A stretch of DNA of 64,000 bases from Anthoceros angustus. Its lineage: Eukaryota; Plantae; Anthocerotophyta. Below are positions 10,381 through 22,981 of the stretch, one piece after another. How positions within the stretch are numbered: the stretch's first letter is position 1; each line of letters opens with the position of its first letter. Position numbers and translations under genes: made by a program. The notes beneath the pieces are model-generated. The model worked only from the letters and a program-made list of their open reading frames with translations. It was not told where the DNA came from and made no database searches. The stretch lies in NCBI GenBank assembly GCA_010909165.1, contig VJWM01000178.1, forward strand, positions 248,001-312,000, written 5' to 3'.

Positions 10381-13300
10381 ATGGCAGGGTGTGGCCCTGG
10401 TGCCTGGGCAGACCCTGCCATTAGGCCAGGTTCGGATTTCGTGCTAGGTATGTCTCTCAAGTGTCCAGGTTTTGGCTTCAGGCGGAAAGAAGGCTCCCTG
10501 TGGGTGAGCTATGGGGTGCGAGCACCTGTTGGAAGACCGCCTCCCTCCAGCCAGCCAACTCTACCCAAGCTGAAGGATGCTGGGTGGAGCAAGTCTCGAC
10601 CTGCAGAGGTGACACCAAAGAAACGAAAAAGTGAGGTGGCTGCTGAGAAGTTGAAGAGCTTGTGTGGAGATGGACGTTTGGAGGAGGCAATGGAAGTTCT
10701 CCGGCAGATGGATTTGCAGAAAACTGTGCCCACTGTTGAGTGCTATGGTCATCTGCTGCGTTGCTGTATAACTAGGAAGGCTCTGGCCGAGGCCAAGCGG
10801 GTGCATGCCCATATCGGTGTGAAGGGAATACAGGCCAACAGTTATCTTGGCAACTTGGTTGTGAACACATATCTGAAGTGTGGGAGTTTGCCACATGCGG
10901 TGCAGGTGTTCAATATGCTGCCGGAAAGGACTGGTTTCTCGTGGACTGCCATCATCACTGGATACGTGAAAGCAGGACAGGAGCAAGAGGCCCTTAGGAT
11001 GTATCAGGTGATGGAAGCGGAAGGTGTGCAGCCGAATGAATACACTCTTGTGAGATTACTTAAGGCCTGTGCCACCTTAGGAGCCTTGGATAGTGGGAGG
11101 AAGATTCATGCTGCGGTTATAAGAATTGGCTGCCGGTCCAATCTGTTTGTTGTGACCAGTTTGGTTGCGATGTATGCAAAGTGTGGAAGCATGGTAGATG
11201 CTCAGGCTGTTTTCGATTCATTGCCCCAGCGAGATCTTGCATCCTGGAATGCAATGATTACCGGCTATGCACAGCAAGAGCAAGGGGCAAAGGCTCTGGA
11301 GCTGTTTGCCCGAATGCGGGAGGAAGGTGTGGGGCCAGATAATCGCACCTTTGTTGGTGTGCTTAAAGCATATGGCTCCCTTACTGCTCAAGAAAAACCT
11401 GTTTTGATGGATGGGCATTTGGTCAAAGCAGGGTGCTTGCAACAGGCCAAGGGGATTCATGCGGAGGCTGTTAAACGGGGCTATGAAGGGGATGCATTTA
11501 TGAGTGCAAGTCTTATCAACTTGTATGCAAACTGTGGAGGCATGCTAGAGGCTGCGGAAGTATTTGAGAAGCTGCCCCAACGAGATGTGGTGCTGTGGAC
11601 AGCTATGGTTGCAGGCTATGCTCAGCAAGGACAGGGTGACAGAGCTCTGGAGCTTTTTGCTCAAATGCAGAAAGACGGTGTCCAACCCAACAACCGCACC
11701 TTTGTCAGCGTGTTGAAAGCATGTGGTAGCCTGGCAGCTGTGGAGCAGCCTGTTGCTTTGGATGGACAAATGGTTAGATTGAGCTCCCTGCAAATTGCAA
11801 AGGAGGTCCATACACATGTAATCAGAAGTGGATATGGAGCAAACCAATTCGTTTGCAACACGTTGATTGACATCTATGCAAAGTGTGGAAGCATGTCTGA
11901 TGCCCAGCATGTGTTTGATGAATTGCCAATGCGCGATCTGGTTTCGTGGAATGTTTTGGTTGCTGGTTATGCCCAGCAAGAAAATGGTGAGAGGGCTTTA
12001 GAACTGTTTTCTCGAATGCAACAGGAAGGCCTGAAGCCAGAGAGTCGGACCTTTGTTAGTGCATTCAAGGCATGTGGAAGCATGGCAGTCATGGAGCAAC
12101 CGCTGGTTCTTGATGGCAAATCTGTAAGGATTTCATCACTGCAGAGGGGTAGGCAGGTGCATGCTGAAGCTATCAGACGAGGTGTGCAGTTGGATGTGTT
12201 TGTGGCAACCTCGGTTGTTGCAATGTACACAAGTTGTGGGAGCATGGTGGATGCGCAGAATGCATTTGACACTCTTCCAGAGAGTGATGTGGTGCTATGG
12301 AATGCGATGCTGGCTGGGTATGTTCAGCAAGACGAGGCTGACAGGGCGTTGGAACTATATACTCAAATGGCAGAGGAAGGTGTTGCCCCCGATAGCTGGA
12401 CGTTTGTCAGCGTGCTGAAAGCATGTGGGACCCTGGCAGCATCAGAGCCAGCGACCTTCGTGAACGGGCAGCTGCTGAAACCAATCTCCTTACAGAAAGG
12501 AAAGGAGATCCATACAGCAGTTGCGAAACTTGGATACGAATCACATGCATTTGTCTCCAACACTCTTGTAGACATGTATGCCAACTGCGGAGACCTGGTG
12601 GAGGCACGTCATGTTTTTGACACCATCACGGAGCCCAACGTGGTGTCGTGGACAGCAATGATTGCAGGATATGCACAGCAAGAGCAAGGTGAGAAGGGAA
12701 TGCAACTGTATGCCCAGATGCAAGCAGCAGGTGTGAGGCCTAATGAGACCACTTTTCTGTGCATTCTCAAAGCCTGCAGCAGTACTGGCTCTCTGAAAAT
12801 GTGTCACCAGATCCATTCAGATATCCTGGAGAGTGGGGTGGAGCTTAGTGACAAGCTGACCACCACTTTGGTTCATGCCTACAGCAGGTGTGGAAGCATG
12901 ACGCACGCACAGCGTGTCTTCGAAGCCTCTCCACACAGAGATGTGTTCTTGTGGACTGCCCTGCTCGCAGGATATGCCCGGCAAGGGGATTGCAAAAGGA
13001 GCTTGCAATGTTTCCAAGACATGATACACTCAGGCATCAAGCCACATGGAGTGACATTCTTGTCGGTGCTGGCAGCATGCAGCCACGGCGGCAAGGTGGA
13101 GAAGGGTCTGTGGTACTTCGACTCCATGATCAGAGACCACAATATCACCCCCACGACAGAGCATTACGTGAGCCTGGTCGACATCCTTGGCCGTGCAGGC
13201 CTCCTGGACAAGGCAGAAGAAGTTGTCTCAAACATGCCCATGGAGCCTTCTCTGCCACTATGGCTCGCTCTCCTTGGGGCATGCCAGAAACACAGCAACG

Positions 13301-13677
13301 TGGAGCTGGGGCGGCAAGCCTTCGAGTGTGCTGTGAAGTTGGAACCAAAACTGGACGCCCCTTACGTTCTCATGTCAAACATATATGCCGACGCCCTCAT
13401 GACAGACGAGGCCAACAGGGTGGAAGACATGAGACGGCGTGCAGGTGCTTGGAAGAAACCGGGCATCAGCTGGATCGAGCACTCGCAGCTGGTGCACTCG
13501 TTTGTGGTAGGAGACACCAGTCACGCAGCCTACGACACCATCCTCACCAAGGTGATGGAGCTCACTGATCAGGTGAAGTCTGACGCATCTGACGTTCTGG
13601 ACAGCAGCCTGGCAACATCGCAGCAGGCCCAAGACTCTGCAGACCCCCCCAGGAGCCTGGTGGGTTGTACCGTCTAG
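10381..13677 (+). CDS. PLS-class pentatricopeptide repeat protein, E/E+ type (organellar RNA-editing factor-like), intronless
   Basis: 1098-aa ORF with repeated P-L-S triplets (DVVLWTAMVAGYAQQG...PNNRTFVSVLKACG...FVCNTLIDIYAKCGS), then E1/E2 motifs and a PG box (WKKPGISWIE...HSFVVGD). No HxE/CxxC deaminase follows. The basic, Ser-rich N-terminus is compatible with a transit peptide; the true start ATG is uncertain. Confidence 0.95.
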   Translation: MAGCGPGAWADPAIRPGSDFVLGMSLKCPGFGFRRKEGSLWVSYGVRAPVGRPPPSSQPTLPKLKDAGWSKSRPAEVTPKKRKSEVAAEKLKSLCGDGRLEEAMEVLRQMDLQKTVPTVECYGHLLRCCITRKALAEAKRVHAHIGVKGIQANSYLGNLVVNTYLKCGSLPHAVQVFNMLPERTGFSWTAIITGYVKAGQEQEALRMYQVMEAEGVQPNEYTLVRLLKACATLGALDSGRKIHAAVIRIGCRSNLFVVTSLVAMYAKCGSMVDAQAVFDSLPQRDLASWNAMITGYAQQEQGAKALELFARMREEGVGPDNRTFVGVLKAYGSLTAQEKPVLMDGHLVKAGCLQQAKGIHAEAVKRGYEGDAFMSASLINLYANCGGMLEAAEVFEKLPQRDVVLWTAMVAGYAQQGQGDRALELFAQMQKDGVQPNNRTFVSVLKACGSLAAVEQPVALDGQMVRLSSLQIAKEVHTHVIRSGYGANQFVCNTLIDIYAKCGSMSDAQHVFDELPMRDLVSWNVLVAGYAQQENGERALELFSRMQQEGLKPESRTFVSAFKACGSMAVMEQPLVLDGKSVRISSLQRGRQVHAEAIRRGVQLDVFVATSVVAMYTSCGSMVDAQNAFDTLPESDVVLWNAMLAGYVQQDEADRALELYTQMAEEGVAPDSWTFVSVLKACGTLAASEPATFVNGQLLKPISLQKGKEIHTAVAKLGYESHAFVSNTLVDMYANCGDLVEARHVFDTITEPNVVSWTAMIAGYAQQEQGEKGMQLYAQMQAAGVRPNETTFLCILKACSSTGSLKMCHQIHSDILESGVELSDKLTTTLVHAYSRCGSMTHAQRVFEASPHRDVFLWTALLAGYARQGDCKRSLQCFQDMIHSGIKPHGVTFLSVLAACSHGGKVEKGLWYFDSMIRDHNITPTTEHYVSLVDILGRAGLLDKAEEVVSNMPMEPSLPLWLALLGACQKHSNVELGRQAFECAVKLEPKLDAPYVLMSNIYADALMTDEANRVEDMRRRAGAWKKPGISWIEHSQLVHSFVVGDTSHAAYDTILTKVMELTDQVKSDASDVLDSSLATSQQAQDSADPPRSLVGCTV

Positions 13678-16600
13678 GTGTCCCTTATACAATCCCATCC
13701 AATCACCTACGCCCCTAGACATCCGTTGCCGTGTAATTTTTGGTCGCCGTTCCTGCAACGGTAAAGAGTATCCAAGGTGGTGCCTTCCGGGGATTTGCGC
13801 CCTCCTCGAGGATGACGCGTCTAGTTAACGTTAACTGTCCATGTAACAAAGGAAGGCGGACTCGGGAGGCGACGACGTGGGCGTCACAACGTGACGACAA
13901 AACCTTTGCCTGCGCCGTGCCAGGCTGGACAGCCGGTGCTGGCCGTGGGATGGAAGCATCCGATGGCCAGCAGCGGGCGGGTGAGTGGCGCCTGGGCACG
14001 CGTGAAGGAACGCAACGCATTGCAGGGCAAGCGTGCGCGAATAGGATTTGGGGGTGGACGCCGGGCCGGGCCCCGTTCCGATCCTTCCTGGAAGTTGAAC
14101 CCGGTTTTAGATGGCGGCCTCCATCACGGCAGGCGAGGGATTGCAGTTCCTGTTCTCCTCCACATGCAGACTTTGGGATCGGAGGGCTGAGGGCTAAATC
14201 AGGAGCTGTTGCATGCTGTAGCGGGATTTGCAAACATCTTTGCCTGCTGCTGCCTTCCATGCCCTGCCGGGCCCTGGAAGAGAAACCCTCATCCTGGTTT
14301 CCACGCTCCCTGGCTTGCTTCCACATCTTTTAGTCGTGCACGGGGAAGCCGGAATCAGGTAGTGTGTGAGCACCTTCCTCGCTCGAATTAGCAGCTCCCA
14401 GTGCCAGTCCCGCCCCCATAGATTGACCCTGCTCCATCGGCGCTCCCCGCTGCCATCGCCGCTTTGTTAGCACACTCGCCTACCTGCTCACCGAAGGATT
14501 AGCGTGACTGGCGACCAATGATTGGGGACCGGGCCTGCGGTGGGTGGTCCTGCACTCGCAGCTACAGCCTGGACTGGGCGCCGGAGTCTCCAGCCCGGCC
14601 AGGGCCCAGGCCACATCGTATCATCCCAGCTGCCGAAGGCGATCGGCCAGCTGATGCCGATTAGGTCATGAGTTTGCCACAGACGTAGACAAAACCAACT
14701 ACCACAGCCTGCCAGGGCATTCAAAGGCTGGGAGTCGACGCGTGTTATGCCGAAATTTGCTACACTCTCCACACACACACACACAACTGTATGACTCTGC
14801 TTTTCACCTCTCCCGTTTCTTGCAAGTGTACTTGCAAGGTGTGCCTGCAACAAAAGATGCAGGCTTTAGCTGGCGGGCCCGGGCTCCACGCCCTGCACAA
14901 GCTTGCTTCTTTCATCATGCTGGCTGGCTTCAGAGACTTTGGGGGGAAAGGGTAGCGTAGGAGGCTGTACAGTGTGGTGGTAGCAGCTTGTGGGATTCTT
15001 GCTTTTAGGATTGGAGAGAGCACATGAGATGCAACTCCTGACAGATCGCTGCGCGGATTTGCAGAATTGTGCTGCACATGTAGTGTTGTAGACCTAATGT
15101 GGAGCTACCAGTTGCTGCATGGAGTTGTGCTATCTGTCCAAGGCCTGCAACTGTTACCTGTTCTGTCTGCCCCTTTAGCTCCCCATCCTGTACGTACTGC
15201 AATCTGAACGAGTCTCGTGGAAGTGGGGCCGAGCTGTCTTCTGAGAGAGACGTCGTAATGGGCATCCTTTACTATGGCTCAACGCCAGCCATCCAAGTGG
15301 TGCCGTGGTCAGGGCCTGCCCGACTCCAGTGCCAGTGGGCCGGGAGGGAGCAAGCGCTCTTTTCACCTTTTCCCTGCAGGCAGGCTGTGAGGAGTCCACA
15401 AATATCCGGATGCTCAAATATCAACCAGGATGGTTAGCATCCGGATCTGTGCCGTCGGAAGGGTGGACGCCGGCAACCAACCCAGCACAGCTGTATCGCC
15501 CCTACTGCGGTATTGGAGCATGATAGTGGCGTGACTGCAGTTAATGAATGGCCATCGCCCATGTCCATGCATGTGGGCAATGGGCATATGGCACCTCTCC
15601 CTCATCAATCAATCTCGCTGAGGCCGAGGTCCGACATCCCCACGGGCCAGCATGTCCTTTCCCACCACGCCCCCCATGTTAAGGCGGCATATGTGGGGAT
15701 CTTGGCATTCCTAGCCCAATCGGAGCCATCTCCATTCCTACCTGGTGTGACTGTGAGGAGAGGAAAGACGATGAACAGTGCAAATGGCTCTGCTCCCTGC
15801 CAGGAGTTGACTGCGTGGGGAAAAGAGCAGCTTGTGCGTGGGCTCCATTTCCCATACACCTTTGTGTTCTAATAAACGTGGCACGTAGCCACACTTCCCC
15901 TTACTGCTTTTAAGGGTGGATTACCACAAAGCTTATGACTACATATCGGGAACGCCTGCTTCGCAGATGACGCGCTCTTTCGTTTCTCCCTCCCTTTGGA
16001 CTTCCTGCTGGGATCCTATTCCTTCATGCCAATGATAACTGCAGTTGTGTGTAGCAGATCAGTACTCACAAGTACTGTCTGGCAGCTGCAGAAGAAATAG
16101 TCTCATTTAGGGAGGATCCAGTACAGATAGATATAGTTGATTCTACAGCAGGGTACTTACTAAACCCACTGTTGTTTACATCCATGTAGACTATCCCTAT
16201 CTTGTGTCTTTAGAAAGAGGATCCCCAGCAAGTCTTCCATTCTGGGCTTATCAGGGCAAGTGTGCAAGTATAGGCAATTCCCCTTGGGATTGTCATGGAA
16301 GCCAGCCCAACCCTCTTTGGCAAGTCTAACATAAGTCTTTGTCGGCAGCATGCCAAGGCAGGCCTGGCCAATAGAGAGAGCCGGTACTTGGTCGGCATCC
16401 TGAAAAGGAACCTTGACCCGGAACGACAAGCTAAGGGCCCCATACCCACCTGCTGTGTGTCGTCTTCTGCCTTCCATGCCACTCAGGTCCCGCACCAGCC
16501 GTGTAGTTTAATAACCACCCGTCAACCTCGTGCAAGATAGCTACATATGTCCATGCTCCCGCACCGATCGCCCATCTCTCATGCCTTGAGCTGTGGATGC

Positions 16601-19600
16601 ATAATGCATTGCATATTCTCCGGACGACATACATGCGTAGACACCCACTTAAATTGACCTGCCTTCACGAGGCAGTAACAAGGCGGGGAAAAATTGCATG
16701 AGAGAGAGAAAGGTCAGTGGTGTTCTGACAAGCGGCTGGCATCCACCCTGGCCCCCACGCGTATTGCGGAGAGGAGAATCAGTGCAGGCCAGGCAGGGGC
16801 CAGGGCAGTGCACGCCAGCCTGCCGACCCGGGAACTGACCCGGCTGGCCCAGGCCCAGCGAACCCATTACAAGCTTTCGCTTTCTCCTACAGACTGGTAA
16901 GCCGTAGTCTCCAAGTGTAAAACTCTCGGCCAAGCAAGGGCCCGGGATCCTTCCACCGCCACAAAAGTCCACCCGCAACTACACTCCCGGCCGACTCGGC
17001 AGATCCTCCATCACACCCACAGCCCAGCCAGCCAGCCAGCCAGCCAGCCTGCCAGCCTGCCTGCCCCTTCCTCGCCTTGTGGGCATGAAGTGGTGGGGGA
17101 AGCAAAATCTGCCGTGTCCCCCAGCCGCACTTACGACATCACCCACCACTCCATTGCCGCAGAGGCCGCGTCCGCATCACACCACTGTTTGAGAAGTGCC
17201 CGCTGCCCACACCCTCTCACGGGTAGCTGGGCTAACCACTCAGCGACATTTCGCCTCGCGAGTGACGAAAGACGCATTACCAGACGCGGTGAGAGGCAAC
17301 CTCAAATCCAACCGGCATGAATCAATGTTGTCAACCAGTCCCCATCCAGATCGTCCTGTCAACATGCCGACCAGCATCCCGGCCTGGGCCCCGCTGGAAA
17401 TCGGGACGTAGCCACGCGCCTCCGGCATGCTAGTGCGCCCTGCTCGTCAGATATCGGGTGCGCACGCCCATGGGCCATGACGGATTCCATGGAAATCAGG
17501 GAGGACTGCTAGTGCCCGAATCCGATTCCTGTAGCCTGTGGGTGGAGCCATTTTTTGTAACTCCAGCTTAGTAACCGGTGTTCATGAATCCAAGAAAGTG
17601 TGACTAATATGCAAGGCACGGCATCGGGGCAAAAGCAGAAGAAAGAGGATACACGCGGGGTCTCTCAATCATATGCATCCGCTACATGTTGATGTACATA
17701 CTTTTCCCAGCTTCAGAACGAGTGCAGGGAAACTCACAATTCCATCAGAACGAGCGCAGGAGAAGAATCTCGTCCGATTTGCTTCCAGGCTCGACAAATG
17801 CAAACTGGTGGCATAGGTACAATGGTCGGTGGGAGGCAGCAGCACCACCTGCCTCACCGACGTGGAGGGTGAAGGCCAAAATCAAAGTCGAAGGTAAAAA
17901 TCCAAGGCAAAGGCCAATGCAATGGCCACAAGAAAAAATCCAAGGCAGAGGCCAATGCAAAGCCATTGGAAGAAATCGAAAGTAGAAAGCCAAGGGAGAA
18001 ATCGAAAGCAAAGGAAAATATCACCTCCAGGATCCGTCTCTCCCCGGAGTGTGTGTATGTGTAGGACGTACATAGTATATTGCATCGTATGCTAACCCGC
18101 CTGACCGACTGGCATCGGCAGCAGCCTGACAGTTGTATTATTATTAAATACAGTAACGAGTTTCTGCAACAGGAGCCCCAGGATGCACAGGATGCCATCT
18201 CCCAGAAATTATTTGATATGGTCAGTACCGGAAGTCAAGGTGACGACTCTGAGGCCTCCTCCGAAAACTCCGAGTCCGAGGGCGGGGCCTCGGGCCAAAC
18301 CCTAATGGCCGAAGAAGACTCTCAAAACACACACAGTTGCGGACAGTTTAGTCGGTGAAGGTCATCGGATTCTGCGTGCTTTGTGCTTTTGCATGGACTC
18401 CAAAGGCAGGGGCAGAGAAAGATCCACCTGCTAAGCCAGTCGTCATCGCCGGGTCATCCCAGCGAGGCCCCGCTGGATGGACAGAAAAATGGAGATACGC
18501 CTTTCCCAGCCGGCAGCCTGGCCGCGATCCGTCTTACCGACTTGGACTTCGTGCAAGCTGGTTGTCCGCGTCCTAAGCATGTCTTGCATGACCAAAGCGC
18601 ATCCCTTGGCAATTCCAATTCCAATTTGCAGGCAGCGAGTCCTAATCACCTCCCAAGCAGGCCAGCAAACACGCCAATATGCATGGGACTTGCAGCGCAA
18701 ATGTTTGCATCCATTCATGTGCAGGGACAGATATCTAGGTCCCCGTCTCACCAACCTAGGTGCAATATTGCACATGCAAGTCCGCAACACAAACCCCTCG
18801 GAAGCTGCTGTAGCATGCCGGCACGTGCTCAAGGTACGGTTCTGACAAGGGAGCAAAGCGATGTGTGCGCAGGCTACGCACTGGCATCGCATCGCATCGC
18901 ATCGCGGGTAGACTGGTGTAGCTTCTATACAGTACTTGCTCCGTGCGTCCCCTCTCCAAACCCATCCCACAGCCTGTCTAGGGCTGGCATACATCGCAAC
19001 CCCTCTAGCTAACAAATCTGCCGCACTCTACATATCTTTCTTGCAACATACATGCCGCTGATGAACATTCCGTTTTCCTCGTCTGCAAGACAAACACGAT
19101 TTCGCACAGCTGCAGCTTGGAGGAGGGGCGATGGCATCCGGCAAGCCTGCTTACTGCATCATTGGCAGATGACATCACTGATCACTGCAGCCAGCAGCTA
19201 CATGCACCGGCCCGGGCTGCTGCTGCCGGCCGTTACCCCTAGCCATACCCATTCCCATAACCATAACCATTGCCATACAGCCGTTGCCATAAGGCATCAT
19301 ATGTAGATGGAAACGGAGGGCACCTTTTGCGACCGCGCGGTTCCTCGGGAAGGGCGACACCTGAAAGGGCGAGGCTGGCCGCCGAGCCAGAGTGGCAGTG
19401 ACAGTGGCAGTGGCACAGGGTCCCGTGGGACGCGATTCGTGAAACGATGAACCGCGTGAAGCCACGCCTGGTGGGAAGGTAACGCGGGGGCCATGGATCG
19501 ATCTTTTGGTTTCACCGTATCCCACATCTTTCGATAGTCCACATACATGCACTCATTTCCGTCTTGCAAGTTGCGGGCCGGCCGGGACTTGCTCTACAGT

Positions 19601-21192
19601 CTACACCACCGACGCACCTTTTCTTAACTGTCTGGCGCGTCCCTGCCCGTACGCTTCCAAGTCTGTATGTACCTATACTCCACCTAAGCACTTCATTTCA
19701 CTGGCTGCTCTTCTTTCCGTTTGAGGCCTTCCATTCCTCCTTTATAAGGAAACTTTAATGGCCGTGACCTTGGATGCCCAGTTCAGTAAGTCGGTGAAAG
19801 GCCAACATTCAATGTTGGGTTGAAGTTGGGTATATAATATTTTCTCTATTTTTATCATGTTTTTAATTTTTATCATATAGATTAAATTGATTCTATCACA
19901 TATTTGATCAATCATATCATGATTCATTGAGATGTTCCTTCCATAAACTACGATTATCAGTTGTAATTTATGATGTTCAAGAACATGGGATCCTTGGCAA
20001 GTACATACACAATTGGTGTGCCAGTGATATCCAAGTCATCCAGGAAGGAGGAATAATGAAAGAGGAAACACCCAAAACATAATGGGTAGGTACCTAATCG
20101 AGTTTAGGTAGTTTTAAAAAAAATCTCTTTACCGGAGACCACGTCCTCCTGGTCCGTCCTCACCTAACACGAGGCGTAAGCGGAGATGGTGAATCCAGAA
20201 TTTCACAGCTGTATGAGGACCGGGCCAGAGGCAAAGCAAGACGCGGGATCCACGAGCGCAAATCGAGAAGGAGAGTGGGCTGCGAGGGCCAAGGGCTGGT
20301 CGGGTTGCCCGGGTCCGGTTCAGGCGAAAGCCACACAATGAGTGGGGCCCAGGATGCGCCAGCAACGTCGGACCTCTTTCCAGCCAATTTCATCGCCTCT
20401 CGCGGGCTGGAGTGCGTTGTGCATGTCGGTGTTACGGCACCTAATGTGCCCCACTTATCCAATGACTTAACAACTGTTTTTACTCCTAATCACTGAACTA
20501 TTCGATAGTTCACCTCGATCGCTCTTTTCAGCAGCTGGGTTGTAGTCGATTTGCGTTTGTAAAAGTTTACTAACTACCTAGCTAACCCTGAAATACTATG
20601 AAGTCCTCTAAATAATTAAGGAATGAAACAATGTCATTGTGTAAATTAAAAATGAACCAATTTTCACCAAATACAATGGTCCTACCATACTCCATGGAAT
20701 AATACATTCGTCACTCACTTGTGGCCTATAATACAACCAACTATCACCGGTCTTATCACAACCTCTTACAATCGATCCCACCATCGCACATCTTGAGACA
20801 CAACTGCAGCCGGACCAACTAACTCCCGGACCAACTAACCTCCCTCCAATCGGCCATCGCACATCCGACCAACCTCCCTACAATTTATCCGGCCAGGCAC
20901 ATTTTAAAACGCAACCATTGACGGGCTAGCTACAAACTCTCTACAACCGTCTTGTGAAAGCTAGCTGGACAACCATCATTACGTCAGTCCACTGGACATC
21001 TATCATTAGGTCAGTCCCTGTGGGGGCAGCTGGCTTGGCTATCTTTGGGTAGGCGGGAGTGGCCACTTGCTGGATGGTTATCTCTCGGCAGTTGGTGGGC
21101 GGGAGTGGTTAGCTGGCATCTTTTACTTGACGGAGGCGGGAATGCGCGGCTGGCCTGGCCGCCGTCTTTTGTTGGGCTGGACAACGGTCATT

Positions 21193-21303
21193 AACTAGTT
21201 ATGGGACAACGGTTCTATAAATCAACTAGTTATGGGACAACGGTTCTATAAATCAACGGTTGTAAACAGTTGTTTGGCTCAACGGTTATAAACAGTTGTT
21301 TGG
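21193..21303 (+). repeat. Two adjacent short tandem duplications (31-bp and ~26-bp units)
   Basis: AACTAGTTATGGGACAACGGTTCTATAAATC occurs twice, followed by CAACGGTT.TAAACAGTTGTTTGG twice. Confidence 0.85.
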
Positions 21304-21394
21304 ATCTAAGATTTATCGAATCTTCGGTTGGAAGTGCACTATCCTCCATCGTCCTCCATTCGTATAGAGAGCTACTTAGCTAATGATAATAGGA

Positions 21395-21725
21395 CTTAGA
21401 GTAAGAAGAACGGTATGGAAGTATCCAGATAGGTAATGTAGGTGTGGTGGGAGATCACACAAAGTGTGGAGAGACATTATACTACCCATTAGCTTGGGTT
21501 TGCCAGAGAAGGATCTAGATGTGATGGGAGATCATAGGTGTGGTGGCAAAATACACTACCCATTAGCTTAGGTTTGCCAGACTTGTTGGGGCCTTGGATT
21601 GCCTGCACTTGGTATAGGAGAGTTCTTGGCTGATGGTAATAAAGTTCAGAGTAAGAAGATGGGTATGGAAGCACCCGGAGAAGGTAATTAGGTGTGGTGG
21701 GAAATAGAAATAAAGTGGTGGGTAG
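21395..21725 (+). repeat. Degenerate local duplications (~250-bp and ~80-bp spacing)
   Basis: AGAGTAAGAAGA..GGTATGGAAG..CC.GA.AGGTAAT..AGGTGTGGTGGGA at ~21398 and ~21647; ACTACCCATTAGCTT.GGTTTGCCAGA at ~21481 and ~21555. Confidence 0.7.
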
Positions 21726-21957
21726 TAAGATTGGGCACAGCTTGTTACATCGCCCATCGCCCATCGCCCATCGCTGACATCGGCTCGGTTACCATTTGGC
21801 GACGCGGGTGGTGAAGGAGCGGGACTCGCCTTGGTGCAGCTGGAGGTATGGGCAAGCACCCTCTCTCTGCTCTGCGTCTGTGGGTGTTGTGTAATATTAT
21901 TTTTTAATCTGTGGTGGCTTGGCTCGGTTCCTGGGTCTACCTATGCGAGATGAGAGG

Positions 21958-22580
21958 GCAGGCCTGCTGCTGCTGCTGCCGGGCTGCCGCTGTATTTCTC
22001 TAGTGTATTGCTAGCTGCTTGTGCTCTGCTCTGCTCTGCTCTGCTGTGTTGGTGTTGGTGTCGGTGTTGGTGGTGGCCAGACTTTCCTCTCTCTCTTTGT
22101 GCACACACTGGGCCAGGCCAGGGCCAGGCCAGGGCCAGGACCAGGGCCAGCGGCGGAGGCAGAGGGTGAGCCGGAGCAGAGGGTGAGCCGGAGCCTGACC
22201 ACCCCGAGCCTGACCTCCTCTTGTTTCCTTCTTCCCAGGCCCCCCCCAGGCAGTGGAGTGTGCCTTCCCCGGGGCCTGGCCTGCCTGGCTTCTTGTGTCT
22301 CGCTCTTCCCCCCCGGAGACGGCCTCGCTCGGCTGTGTGCGCCTGCTGCGCGCTCCGCTCCCCCTCTTTGCCGCCCCGCCATCGCTCCTCCTCCTGTTCC
22401 TGCGCAAGGCAGGCCAGATCGGGCGCCGGCGGCCCTGGCTGTGGCGGCAGGAAGGGGCGGTTGCCTGGGCTGCACTGCACTGCTCTCCTCTCCCTCTCTC
22501 GCTGCTGCTGCTGCTGCTGCTGCTGTGTTTGTTGTGGGGTGAGTGAGTGAGTGAGCGAGTGAGTGAGTTGTGAGGTGTGA
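21958..22580. repeat. Cluster of microsatellites upstream of CesA ((GCT)n, (CTCTG)n, (GGTGTT)n, (CCAGGG)n, (GAGT)n)
   Basis: Directly visible simple repeats in a GC-rich stretch 400-1000 bp 5' of the CesA ATG. Confidence 0.8.
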
Positions 22581-22981
22581 GTGTTTGTGCGGATGAGCGC
22601 CCCGGATCTGGGCTGCCCCTGCTGAGTCTGAGTCTGCGTTTGCTAGGATTTGCGCCCATTCTGGGCGGGACAGTTGCCTGGCAGTTGTGGAGTGGAAACT
22701 GGAGAGGTAGAGCGGCTGCCGCATTTCTTGCTCCTCGGTGCCCCGGGCCTGGTTTGGCCTGGCCTGCATTCCTCCGTCCCGGCGTGTGGTGTGGCGTGGT
22801 GTGCTGTCGTCTTGTGTTTCCCCCCCCCGCATTTGGTTTCTGGTTTTGTGCCTTGGCAATGGGAGATCGCGGCTGTGTCTTGGTCTGACCAGCTGCTTTA
22901 GCTTGGCTGGAGGCGTCACAATTGAGGTGGCTGGCTGGCCCGCTCTTAGTCCCACCCCGCTGGGATTGCGTGTTGTAGGCG

